A DNA stretch of 60,567 bases from an uncultured virus (IMG/VR IMGVR_UViG_3300043772_002095) (Duplodnaviria > Heunggongvirae > Uroviricota > Caudoviricetes). The notes beneath the pieces are model-generated. The model ran no database searches. It was given only the letters and a program-made list of their open reading frames with translations, and had not been told where the DNA came from. Position 1 is the first letter of the stretch, and every line of letters starts with the position of its first letter. The position numbers and the translations under genes are program-made. The stretch lies in the IMG/VR virus record IMGVR_UViG_3300043772_002095; one strand, written 5' to 3'. Of this stretch, positions 40,257 to 48,436 are shown in pieces.

Positions 40257-40457
40257 ATGAGTTACGAGATAAATGTTAGTAAGAATGGTAGACACGTATT
40301 TGCAACACACGAAAAGTCTATTAATACATTGAGGGAAGCCACCGATATCATATTAAGATTAGATAAGGCTTTCCCTCAGAGTGAGGGATATTTCATTACC
40401 GTCTCAAGAAAGGTTGTGAGTTATGTTCCGGTTCCTGATAAAGATTTGGTAATGTAA
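40257..40457 (+). CDS. Small hypothetical protein (start revised)
   Basis: First ATG after promoter 40230. Confidence 0.7.
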   Translation: MSYEINVSKNGRHVFATHEKSINTLREATDIILRLDKAFPQSEGYFITVSRKVVSYVPVPDKDLVM

Positions 40458-40488
40458 AATAAAATTCTTATATAAAGAACAATATATT

Positions 40489-40562
40489 GGTTCCGTAACT
40501 CAACAGCATAGAGTATCGTCCTTCTAAGACGAGAGTTACAGGTTGGAATCCTGTCGGGACCA
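40489..40562 (+). tRNA. tRNA-Arg(TCT)
   Basis: Acceptor GGTTCCG/CGGGACC; anticodon arm TCGTC-CTTCTAA-GACGA; T arm ACAGG-TTGGAAT-CCTGT. No full CCA encoded. Confidence 0.88.
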
Positions 40563-40576
40563 CAAATAAAAATGAT

Positions 40577-40750
40577 ATGGAAAATAAACTTATAAAAATG
40601 TTTGACACGATAATCCTACTTGGAATTGTTGGGTTATTAATTATGGGGATGTATGGTTTGATTACAGAACAATATGTTATCACGTATGTCTCCTTTGTGA
40701 TGATGATGGTTTCAATTACTAAAGTTGTGTTAGACCCTTATAAAGATTAA
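40577..40750 (+). CDS. 57-aa membrane peptide (not in ORF track)
   Basis: MENKLIKMFDTIILLGIVGLLIMGMYG...; fills the gap between the tRNA and the next gene. Confidence 0.6.
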   Translation: MENKLIKMFDTIILLGIVGLLIMGMYGLITEQYVITYVSFVMMMVSITKVVLDPYKD

Positions 40751-40751
40751 T

Positions 40752-40949
40752 ATGACAAATAAAGATATAATAGAACACTTTGTATTTTGTGAAACACAAA
40801 GTAATTCACATAGTGAAGAATACTTGGAAGCAATCTCCTCAGAAGAATATTTGGAAGACCTTGTTGATACAATATCATTATGGGTTAGAGAATGTGAAGG
40901 GGATAGAAATAAATCGATGATGTACTTAATTCAAACTTTAGACGCTTAA
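40752..40949 (+). CDS. Small hypothetical protein
   Basis: 65-aa ORF. Confidence 0.65.
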   Translation: MTNKDIIEHFVFCETQSNSHSEEYLEAISSEEYLEDLVDTISLWVRECEGDRNKSMMYLIQTLDA

Positions 40950-40957
40950 AATAAATT

Positions 40958-41176
40958 ATGAAACTACTAGACTATTCAATCAGGGAAACATTTAACATAA
41001 TTGTATGTTATTTCTTAACCCTCCTTTTAATTAAATCATTTAACAATGGTGAGTACATTTGTTTGTTATATGCTTTTGTCGTATCAATCGAGATCGACTC
41101 AATGACAACAAGGTTTAATAAGTTTAAATTATACTATCCTGACTTTAAAAACGATTGGGTTAATATGATTGATTAA
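40958..41176 (+). CDS. Small membrane protein
   Basis: 72 aa, hydrophobic. Confidence 0.55.
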   Translation: MKLLDYSIRETFNIIVCYFLTLLLIKSFNNGEYICLLYAFVVSIEIDSMTTRFNKFKLYYPDFKNDWVNMID

Positions 41177-41300
41177 GGTTTGTTTATTTTTATTCAAATT
41201 TCAATACTAATAGTATAGTTTTGGGGGTAATTTTAAACAAAATAAATTTGGTGGATTAAAGTAAATTTTGTATATTTGTAAAACAATTAAAACAACAACA

Positions 41301-41594
41301 ATGACACAGAAAAAATTTACAGAATCGGAATTAGAAGAACAAAACTCAAAAATAATGTCAACCTTTAATTTTGAGAAGGTTCATCAACATATGGTAGAAA
41401 CCAACCACCAATGGTATATGGGTAGTTCAGCGGGTATGAAAGTTCCTGATATTCAAGACCTAAGAAATACCGCAAGGAGTTTACTGACACGAGCTGCGTA
41501 TAGTAATGAAGTTATTAATGTTGGTACAGGTGGGTTTATGGCTTACAAATTACCTTGGGGAATGAGTCTAACATTTCAATTGGCTTGGAGTTAA
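41301..41594 (+). CDS. Hypothetical protein (start revised)
   Basis: First ATG after promoter 41271. Confidence 0.7.
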   Translation: MTQKKFTESELEEQNSKIMSTFNFEKVHQHMVETNHQWYMGSSAGMKVPDIQDLRNTARSLLTRAAYSNEVINVGTGGFMAYKLPWGMSLTFQLAWS

Positions 41595-41657
41595 TTAAAA
41601 ATAAATTTGGCAGATTAAAGTAAATTTTGTATCTTTGTATTAATAAAAAATTAAACT

Positions 41658-41852
41658 ATGGAAGACAAATCAAATAACAATTTACAATATCAAGCTGAAC
41701 AAGTGGCAACAGAAGACATCGATGGAATGAGTGATGATGAGGTTGCCGATTATCTTGGGATTGAACTGGATGAAGTTAACTATCAATATCGAAACGATGC
41801 TATAGATAAAAGGATTGAGGAGTTATTGGAGATGTGGAAAGAAGTTGAATAA
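41658..41852 (+). CDS. Small acidic protein
   Basis: 64 aa after promoter 41630. Confidence 0.7.
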   Translation: MEDKSNNNLQYQAEQVATEDIDGMSDDEVADYLGIELDEVNYQYRNDAIDKRIEELLEMWKEVE

Positions 41853-41891
41853 AATTTTGGCAGATTAAAGTAAATTTTGTATCTTTGTATT

Positions 41892-42218
41892 ATGAGAACT
41901 AAAAAAACAACCACAACAAGTAAAATTAAAGTCATACACGAATCTAAAATAGTTAATCGTGATGTAGGAAGATTGTCAAGATTTTTTGAACTTAACGGTA
42001 GAAAATTCAAGTTAATCTATGACTTGAGAAACGGAGTTAGTAATGTTGATGTATATGTTATGGATTCTAACGGTGAATTTAAGTTTGTTCTGAACAAATA
42101 TGATATTGGTCATACACATAGCGTAAGTTATGTGGGGTATGAGAAGGATAAGGAAAGGGATATTCTAAATGCGGTTAAATTAGTTGATGAGGTTGTTTCT
42201 AAAATTTATCAGGATTAA
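41892..42218 (+). CDS. Hypothetical protein (start revised)
   Basis: ATG 4 nt after the -7 box at 41880. Confidence 0.7.
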   Translation: MRTKKTTTTSKIKVIHESKIVNRDVGRLSRFFELNGRKFKLIYDLRNGVSNVDVYVMDSNGEFKFVLNKYDIGHTHSVSYVGYEKDKERDILNAVKLVDEVVSKIYQD

Positions 42219-42244
42219 GAAATAATTAGTATCTTTGTGTTAGA

Positions 42245-42347
42245 GAATTAAGTAGTGAATAGTCCGATGTTCTAGACATCAAAGCCGAAACGGTTATGGT
42301 ACCTGAGACGGGTTTACATTGTGGGTTCGAGTCCCATCTTAGTTCCA
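42245..42347 (+). ncRNA. tRNA-like RNA with non-canonical body
   Basis: GAATTAAG/CTTAGTTC terminal stem ending in CCA; T arm GTGGG-TTCGAGT-CCCAT; three internal hairpins; no D arm; own promoter at 42230. Confidence 0.65.
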
Positions 42348-42364
42348 ATTAAAAAATAAAAGTT

Positions 42365-42613
42365 ATGAGTAAAATAATTTTAGAATTTGATAGTGAAACA
42401 GAATTTGAATCAGCTTCAGCCGCGTTAAATGGTTGGAAGTGGAGACACGTTGTGGATGAATTAGATAATAAACTTAGAGCTACCACAAAGTATGGAAATA
42501 GTGTAATAACTGAAGGACAAGAAGCGTCAGAAATGGAGTATCAGATTGCTGAGAAATATAGGGAGATGTTAAGAGACATTGTATATGAAAATGGTTTAAG
42601 TTTGGATTATTGA
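42365..42613 (+). CDS. Hypothetical protein
   Basis: 82-aa ORF. Confidence 0.7.
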   Translation: MSKIILEFDSETEFESASAALNGWKWRHVVDELDNKLRATTKYGNSVITEGQEASEMEYQIAEKYREMLRDIVYENGLSLDY

Positions 42614-42636
42614 AATAAATTTTGTATCTTCGTATT

Positions 42637-42840
42637 ATGAAAAATAAGATAAAACCTTTCGAAGTAATTGAGGGAAACCTTAGAGCGGTAAAAGATATGA
42701 GTGATTTTGGTGGGATGAATATGTTGCACTTATACATCAAAACCACCAACGGTTATTGGAGTGATAGTATTCAATGGATGAGTCGGTATAGAATACAAGA
42801 GTTATTTACAACAAAATTACCCAAATACGAAGAAAATTAA
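42637..42840 (+). CDS. Small hypothetical protein, paralog of 40004-40204
   Basis: MKNKIKPFEVIEGNLRAVKD...; same TATCTTCG promoter variant as the first copy. Confidence 0.75.
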   Translation: MKNKIKPFEVIEGNLRAVKDMSDFGGMNMLHLYIKTTNGYWSDSIQWMSRYRIQELFTTKLPKYEEN

Positions 42841-42877
42841 ATTTGACGAATTGAAATAATTTTTATATCTTTGTATT

Positions 42878-43327
42878 ATGAAAAAAATAATCTTATCACT
42901 ATCATTGTTGGGTTTATTAACCCTATCAAGTTGTTCAGAAAACTATTCAAATGGAGAACGAATCGGAGTAATAACACAATTCTCAGAGACAGGTTTAATT
43001 TGGAAAAGTTGGGAGGGACATTTAAACGTAACTCAAACAGGTATGAATAGTTCAATACCATTTGACTTCTCAATAGACAACGATAACCCAAATCAAGAGG
43101 TTATCAACAAATTGGATTCCGCAGCACAACACGGATGGAAAGTTAAATTGGTATATCATCAAACAAAAGGGTGGAACTGGTTTTCAAACAGAGGTCTTAC
43201 AAATCACTTTATAACAAAAGTTGAGGTATTGGAAAAAAACTTTGGTAATGTTTTTAATAACCAAGAACCGAAAGTGACAGGTAGAGTTATTGACACTATT
43301 TACGTTGTAATTGACAGAACAAAATAA
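42878..43327 (+). CDS. Lipoprotein
   Basis: Signal peptide with lipobox LSSC; 'YSNGERIG', 'GLIWKSWEG'. Confidence 0.75.
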   Translation: MKKIILSLSLLGLLTLSSCSENYSNGERIGVITQFSETGLIWKSWEGHLNVTQTGMNSSIPFDFSIDNDNPNQEVINKLDSAAQHGWKVKLVYHQTKGWNWFSNRGLTNHFITKVEVLEKNFGNVFNNQEPKVTGRVIDTIYVVIDRTK

Positions 43328-43364
43328 ATTTGGTGGATTAGAAAATAATTAGTATCTTTGTGTT

Positions 43365-43571
43365 ATGAAAATAATGATTAATATACCCGATGGAGTTTTA
43401 AATAGAATGAAAGAACTCGAAATTACTGACGAAAATATCCAAGAAGAGATGATAATTGAGTTTATTAATGACGCATTAGACTCCCACTACTTCAACGGAA
43501 TGTCTGAAAAATTCATAAAATGGACGTTTAAAAAAGATAATATTGAGTATTTTTTAGAAAAGTCAAAATAA
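43365..43571 (+). CDS. Small hypothetical protein
   Basis: ATG 4 nt after the -7 box. Confidence 0.7.
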   Translation: MKIMINIPDGVLNRMKELEITDENIQEEMIIEFINDALDSHYFNGMSEKFIKWTFKKDNIEYFLEKSK

Positions 43572-43929
43572 ATTTGGCAGATTAAAGTAAATTTTGTATC
43601 TTTGTATTATAAATAAAAACAATAACAATATGAGTAAACTAACGAAAAAAGAAAAACTAATATATTCGACAATTGATTCGGCAATAAATACAATTCCCCA
43701 AGAAGGTTATAGTGACGTATATGATTGGATGAATGTGGTGTTCAGTCAAGTTGAAAATGAACTTGAAGGTATTATCGATGAAGATACTTTTGATGATTTA
43801 AGAAGTGACTATGATGAATACGTTATGAGTAGTTGGGTTCAAGAAGATGAAGAATAAATTTGGCAGATTAAAATAAATTTTGTATCTTTGTATTATAAAT
43901 AAAAACAATAACAATATGAGTAAACTAAC
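43567..43929 (+). repeat. 77-bp direct repeat (promoter + leader + first codons)
   Basis: 43567-43643 and 43853-43929 differ at one position. Confidence 0.9.
43630..43857 (+). CDS. Small acidic protein (start revised, MSKLT)
   Basis: First ATG after promoter 43597. Confidence 0.7.
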   Translation: MSKLTKKEKLIYSTIDSAINTIPQEGYSDVYDWMNVVFSQVENELEGIIDEDTFDDLRSDYDEYVMSSWVQEDEE

Positions 43930-44248
43930 ACAAGAAACAATCAACAAAATTAAAGAAACAACATTACGTATTGAAGCATCATATAGAGGTGGTGGAGTTG
44001 AAATCGACCTAACTCAATGGGGTTACCCTGGTGAAAAAATGACTGCCTACCAAAATTATTTAGGTGGAGGAATGTTAGGTAGAATCAACAATGATTGTAC
44101 GATTAGAGGTTGGAGAAACGACCCAAAACTAATTGAAATTGCGGATAGTTTGTCAAGGTATTTTCATAACGTAACAAATCACGAAGACGATGAGTGGGAA
44201 AGTGCAACATTTGAAGAAAATCAATTAAGATCTAGTAGTAGTTATTAG
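43916..44248 (+). CDS. Hypothetical protein (start revised, MSKLT)
   Basis: First ATG after promoter 43883. Confidence 0.7.
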   Translation: MSKLTQETINKIKETTLRIEASYRGGGVEIDLTQWGYPGEKMTAYQNYLGGGMLGRINNDCTIRGWRNDPKLIEIADSLSRYFHNVTNHEDDEWESATFEENQLRSSSSY

Positions 44249-44266
44249 TGGTTATTACCACTTAAT

Positions 44267-44354
44267 AGTCAGGTGGCGGAATTGGTTAGACGTAATCAAT
44301 AGGAAAGCGACCAGCAACAACTGGTTTACATAGGTTCGAATCCTGTCCTGACTA
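44267..44354 (+). ncRNA. Class II (Leu-like) tRNA scaffold lacking a pairable anticodon arm
   Basis: Acceptor AGTCAGG/CCTGACT; D region TGGCGGAATTGGTTAGACG; hairpin ACCAG-CAACAA-CTGGT; T arm ATAGG-TTCGAAT-CCTGT. Confidence 0.7.
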
Positions 44355-44401
44355 CAAAAAATAAATTTGGTAAATTGAAATAAAGTTCTTATCTTTGTAT
44401 T

Positions 44402-44929
44402 ATGGAAAAATTAATAAACATACTACGAACCGAAACAACAACATTAAAAGAACAATTTATCGAAATGACTCAAAAATGGTCTGAAAAAAAATATGAGGAT
44501 CTGGTTAAAAAAAGTAAGTGGAGTGAAATCGATTGGTGTAAGTATTTTGGTTTAGAACCTGAATTAAAAAACAAACATTTACCAACAAGTAGTTTTTATT
44601 CTTTTCCAACAGGTTTTTATAATACAAAAGAATATGTTACCTATAAAAGAATTAAGGATGAGATTAGAAAGACTTTTAATATGGGTAAAGATAAGTTCAT
44701 TCAAAAAGAAATTAAAAAGGCTGAAGACCATTATGAGAGTTCTCTAATTAAACTTGCTCACAGAATCGAAGTTAAAAAATTGAATATTGATAATATGTCC
44801 GTTGTAACAGGACACGTTGGTGTTAATATCGAGATGACTTTAAGTGATGGTGAAAAAAGTGTTAGAGCGTTCACCATAATAGCGGAAGGAGAAATTCAAA
44901 GACCGCATTACAGATATCTAGTTAAATGA
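44402..44929 (+). CDS. Conserved phage hypothetical protein
   Basis: C-terminal 'TIIAEGEIQRPHYRYLVK'; leaderless-type start. Confidence 0.75.
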   Translation: MEKLINILRTETTTLKEQFIEMTQKWSEKKYEDLVKKSKWSEIDWCKYFGLEPELKNKHLPTSSFYSFPTGFYNTKEYVTYKRIKDEIRKTFNMGKDKFIQKEIKKAEDHYESSLIKLAHRIEVKKLNIDNMSVVTGHVGVNIEMTLSDGEKSVRAFTIIAEGEIQRPHYRYLVK

Positions 44930-44935
44930 AAAAAT

Positions 44936-45115
44936 ATGACAAAACTAATTTTAAAATCGACATTAGCAACAATAGGAACATTATTTCTACTTTATGGGTA
45001 TTTTCAATTGTGTCTGAAATACCCTATAACTATTTTAATAATTTTAGGAGTATTCCTTATAATATTAATTTTTCACGGGTTTTTCAAATTATTTAAAGGT
45101 AAAAATTTAAAATAA
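44936..45115 (+). CDS. 59-aa membrane peptide (not in ORF track)
   Basis: MTKLILKSTLATIGTLFLLYG...; two hydrophobic segments. Confidence 0.55.
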   Translation: MTKLILKSTLATIGTLFLLYGYFQLCLKYPITILIILGVFLIILIFHGFFKLFKGKNLK

Positions 45116-45152
45116 ATTTGGCGGATTAAACTAAATTTTGTATCTTTGTATT

Positions 45153-45392
45153 ATGAAAACAATAGGTAAAATATTATTCTTTGGAACATTTATTTTCTTC
45201 TTCTACCTTGTTGGTAGTACGGTTGTTAACTCAATAATGAGTTTATTTCCGGTTTCAGCATCTGAATGGTTTCCTTTGATTAGATTATTATTGTGGTTAT
45301 TTACATTCACAATAAATCTTTTTATTACTATCCTATTATATTTTGTATTTATCTATATAATTTCGGCTATCGCCAGTTTATTAGATCAATAG
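45153..45392 (+). CDS. Small membrane protein (start revised)
   Basis: ATG 4 nt after the -7 box at 45141. Confidence 0.7.
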   Translation: MKTIGKILFFGTFIFFFYLVGSTVVNSIMSLFPVSASEWFPLIRLLLWLFTFTINLFITILLYFVFIYIISAIASLLDQ

Positions 45393-45395
45393 AAT

Positions 45396-45710
45396 ATGAA
45401 AGATGAAAAAATAAAAATAGTTTGCCAAAATGTGATTGATTCAGAATTGGATTCAATCGTTAAAGAATCCGAAGAATGGGGTTTGGGTGAAATGGAGGAG
45501 TTAAGAATTATTAACTCAATAGATAAAATCGTGGTTGATAGAGTCACATCTCAAACAAGAGTAACGATATATGTTGACATATATTCTAACTCAAAAGAAG
45601 AAGATGAAATTGAATATGACGATTTTATGTCAGAATTAAGATATAGAATCGAGACAAAATGGATACCAAATTCGTTCATTCAATTAGAAAGTATTTTTTT
45701 TGTAGATTAA
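45396..45710 (+). CDS. Hypothetical protein
   Basis: 104-aa acidic ORF. Confidence 0.7.
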   Translation: MKDEKIKIVCQNVIDSELDSIVKESEEWGLGEMEELRIINSIDKIVVDRVTSQTRVTIYVDIYSNSKEEDEIEYDDFMSELRYRIETKWIPNSFIQLESIFFVD

Positions 45711-45733
45711 AAAAAATTTATTATCTTTGTATT

Positions 45734-45934
45734 ATGAAAATAAAATTTGTTGCAGATATTACCGATGAGAAAACTAACAAGTATTTAAAAACAATTTGGG
45801 AACATAGCACTTCAAATTCTCGTAAGAAACTTTTAAATGAGATGGGACATTCTGAGAAGTATTCTGATATGGACTATAATGACCTTACAGGAGAAATTCA
45901 AAGTAAAATAGTTATGATATCTAAAATGGTTTAA
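45734..45934 (+). CDS. Small hypothetical protein (start revised)
   Basis: ATG 4 nt after the -7 box at 45722. Confidence 0.65.
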   Translation: MKIKFVADITDEKTNKYLKTIWEHSTSNSRKKLLNEMGHSEKYSDMDYNDLTGEIQSKIVMISKMV

Positions 45935-45936
45935 AA

Positions 45937-46323
45937 ATGAAAGTATTTCTTGACGATTTAAGAACAATTGATATGGTTTATCCCGAATTTGATTCAAATG
46001 AGTGGGTAATTGTTCGTGACTTTCATCAGTTTGTTAATTATATTAACAAATACGGAATACCCGAATTTATTAGTTTTGACCACGATTTGGGTTTTGAACA
46101 TACAAGGTTCTTCTTTAATAATGGAGGACACGAAAATCCCCCAGATCCTATTAATGGAGATTTCAAAGAAAAGACCGGGTATGACGCGGCTAAATGGTTA
46201 GTGGAATATTGTATGGACAATAATGTGAAATTACCAAAATTTTCGGTACATTCCGCTAACCCAACAGGGGCAAAAAACATTAGAGAATATTTAAAAAACG
46301 CTGAAAAGTATATAAGTAAATGA
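45937..46323 (+). CDS. Cyclic-phosphate-processing receiver-like domain protein
   Basis: 'VFLDDLR', 'ISFDHDLG', 'TGYDAAKWL', 'VHSANPTG'. Confidence 0.8.
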   Translation: MKVFLDDLRTIDMVYPEFDSNEWVIVRDFHQFVNYINKYGIPEFISFDHDLGFEHTRFFFNNGGHENPPDPINGDFKEKTGYDAAKWLVEYCMDNNVKLPKFSVHSANPTGAKNIREYLKNAEKYISK

Positions 46324-46811
46324 GAACGTTAGATTTTTTAAAGACATTTAATTCACCATTTAAAAGACCAAAACTTAAATGGTATTTTGGAAAAACTGCG
46401 GTAGGAACACCATTCTTCTACCCGAGAAGATGGGTTAAAGACCCTCAAAATCCTAGATATCAGAAACCTGTACCAAAAAGAATTGGGTTCGATTTTGTTG
46501 GGTTGGGGTGGAAAACAAAATGGACTGAAACTGATTACAGATTTGAGTGGTCTCCAGTTTTTTCATTCGTGTTCTTTGGTTATCAAATCGCTGTAACTTT
46601 TGAACCACCTGAGTATCATCATTATTGGGAGGCTTGGTTATACTATGAAAAGAGTACAAGTAAACTTTTATCAAAAGAAGATAGAATTAAAAAATGTATT
46701 AAGGAATTTCCGTTGATTTATAAAGTAACATCCAAAGGCGAAACAAAAACCATTAATTATTACGAATTAATTTTAAAAGAAAAATACTCAAAATTTATAT
46801 ATGAATCCTGA
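46320..46811 (+). CDS. Trp/Phe-rich hypothetical protein
   Basis: 163-aa ORF. Confidence 0.7.
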   Translation: MRTLDFLKTFNSPFKRPKLKWYFGKTAVGTPFFYPRRWVKDPQNPRYQKPVPKRIGFDFVGLGWKTKWTETDYRFEWSPVFSFVFFGYQIAVTFEPPEYHHYWEAWLYYEKSTSKLLSKEDRIKKCIKEFPLIYKVTSKGETKTINYYELILKEKYSKFIYES

Positions 46812-46980
46812 AGAAAAAAAGAAAGATGAGTTGTTGTTAAAACACGAATCTCTTAGAATGGAAATGATAGAAATGTTGGTTAAAAATTATACAAATGACC
46901 AAGATTTAGGTAGAGAAGTTAGAAGATTTGTAACAATCAAAGAACGAATTAATAAACAAGAAGATGGACAAGGTAGTTGA
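46801..46980 (+). CDS. 59-aa hypothetical protein (not in ORF track)
   Basis: MNPEEKKKDE...NYTNDQDLGREVR...; fills the gap and overlaps both neighbours. Confidence 0.55.
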   Translation: MNPEEKKKDELLLKHESLRMEMIEMLVKNYTNDQDLGREVRRFVTIKERINKQEDGQGS

Positions 46981-47725
46981 TTTAAAAAATATATATTCAT
47001 TAAAAGACTTCATTAATTGTGGTTATGTTAGGGATAAGATTTCAGAATTTTATCAAAAAAAAACCTATTCATCAAAACTTAATGAATATAAACCTGGTTC
47101 TGAGAAATGGTTGAAAGTAAAAGAAAGGGATGAAGAAATATCAAAAATCCCAGACCATAATGTTAAAGACAATTATGAAGACCTTATAATTGAGTATGGA
47201 CATAAAAAAGTGGAATTTTCGATAGGAACAATAACTATTAAAAGAAGTGGTTATTGTTCTGAAACCGATGAATTTGAGGAAAAGGATGTTACACTTAACT
47301 TTTTAGTTGAGAATAGTTATTGGGGATATGGTTTAATATGTACTTTTGATGAATTAATTCTTCATAACAAAATTCAATCACTATTTGAAGAAATGTTAGA
47401 TGACCAAAGAAGGGGAGGGTGGAGAAAAAGATTAGAATCAATTAAAGATGGTGCTTTTATGTTGTTATTGGATAAAATTGTTAAATCTGAAAAAAATCTA
47501 ATTAAGTGTGATATTTGGAGTTCATACAATAGGGATGATATGTGGTGTCAAATAGGTGAAGAAAAGTATCATCTTAAAGATATGTTGGTTATTAACAAAG
47601 CTTATGACAATAATGACTACGAATTCTACGATGAAAATGATAGAAGAATAAAATATGTGTGGTATACCGATGAAAGTTTCCCCGACTTCTATTTAAAACA
47701 TTCAAAAATAAATTTGGCAAATTGA
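46964..47725 (+). CDS. Hypothetical protein
   Basis: 253-aa ORF. Confidence 0.7.
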   Translation: MDKVVDLKNIYSLKDFINCGYVRDKISEFYQKKTYSSKLNEYKPGSEKWLKVKERDEEISKIPDHNVKDNYEDLIIEYGHKKVEFSIGTITIKRSGYCSETDEFEEKDVTLNFLVENSYWGYGLICTFDELILHNKIQSLFEEMLDDQRRGGWRKRLESIKDGAFMLLLDKIVKSEKNLIKCDIWSSYNRDDMWCQIGEEKYHLKDMLVINKAYDNNDYEFYDENDRRIKYVWYTDESFPDFYLKHSKINLAN

Positions 47726-47748
47726 AATAATTTTCGTATCTTTGTATT

Positions 47749-48039
47749 ATGAAAAACAAAATAATGAACATAGTAAATTACACAATTAAAATTGAACACG
47801 AAAATTTTGGGGTTATCTTAAATGAAACTTTTGTGGATAAAACTCAGTTTAAGTTATTCTTAAAAATGATTCACGGATGTTTAGAATTAAAAAACGATTT
47901 GGTATTTTTTAATGGTGAGGATTTTTTGGTTAATATACCACATAAACATTTATCGCAATCAATAGTGATAACCACACTACAACCGTATGATTTTGCTGAC
48001 CACGTTAAAAGTAAAATCGAGGCGTTGGTGACAAAGTAA
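47749..48039 (+). CDS. Hypothetical protein
   Basis: ATG 4 nt after the -7 box at 47737. Confidence 0.7.
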   Translation: MKNKIMNIVNYTIKIEHENFGVILNETFVDKTQFKLFLKMIHGCLELKNDLVFFNGEDFLVNIPHKHLSQSIVITTLQPYDFADHVKSKIEALVTK

Positions 48040-48107
48040 TCACCTTTTAAAGTAAACGTTTCCTTGTTCGTTAAATAAGGTGGTGGACTAAACCCTGATG
48101 GGTCCGG

Positions 48108-48133
48108 TAAGGAGGTGAAAACCTCCTTATTTT
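48108..48133 (+). terminator. Intrinsic terminator
   Basis: TAAGGAGGT-GAAA-ACCTCCTTA followed by TTTT. Confidence 0.75.
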
Positions 48134-48148
48134 GTTATATTTATTATT

Positions 48149-48412
48149 ATGATAGAAGAAATAATTAAAAAACACAAAGAAACACCGATGGTAATAACTC
48201 TTTCCGATAATAAGAGTGTTTCAGTATATCTTACAGATAAAAACGTTTTGGATGATTATAATGACGAATATTACTTCGCTTTAATAATTAAAGGTTATAA
48301 CAATAAGACATCTAAAAAAATGATGGAGGATGAGGTATATAATTATTTTAAATACTACATAAGAAGTTTCTATATTGAAGGTAAAATTTTTGTCCGTTTT
48401 CAGTATGAGTAA
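48149..48412 (+). CDS. Hypothetical protein
   Basis: ATATTTAT at 48137-48144. Confidence 0.65.
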   Translation: MIEEIIKKHKETPMVITLSDNKSVSVYLTDKNVLDDYNDEYYFALIIKGYNNKTSKKMMEDEVYNYFKYYIRSFYIEGKIFVRFQYE

Positions 48413-48436
48413 TATTTATAGATTAAAATACGTCAT

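Larger units (their letters stand above)
39502..47744 (+). promoter_or_regulatory. Array of 16 Bacteroidota sigmaA-type (-33/-7) promoters, consensus AAATTTGGcaGATTAAAgTAAATTTTGTATCTTTGTATT
   Basis: TAnnTT(T/C)G boxes start at 39525, 39992, 40230, 41271, 41630, 41880, 42230, 42625, 42866, 43353, 43597, 43883, 44390, 45141, 45722, 47737, most with TTTG about 19-20 nt upstream. Further copies at 5574, 10174, 25296, 51077, 52594, 54492, 58701. Confidence 0.85.

Noticed and set aside
40468..40683. 71-aa minus-strand ORF
   Set aside because: It is antisense to tRNA-Arg and to a + strand membrane ORF.
42272..42274. Amber recoding with a functional suppressor tRNA
   Set aside because: Recognisable genes are intact in the standard code, TAG ends several ORFs at natural boundaries (44248, 45392, 50343, 58060), and the RNA lacks a D arm.
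48090..48125. Hammerhead ribozyme (CTGATG...GAAA)
   Set aside because: The core reads CTGATGG rather than CTGANGA, and the GAAA is the terminator tetraloop.
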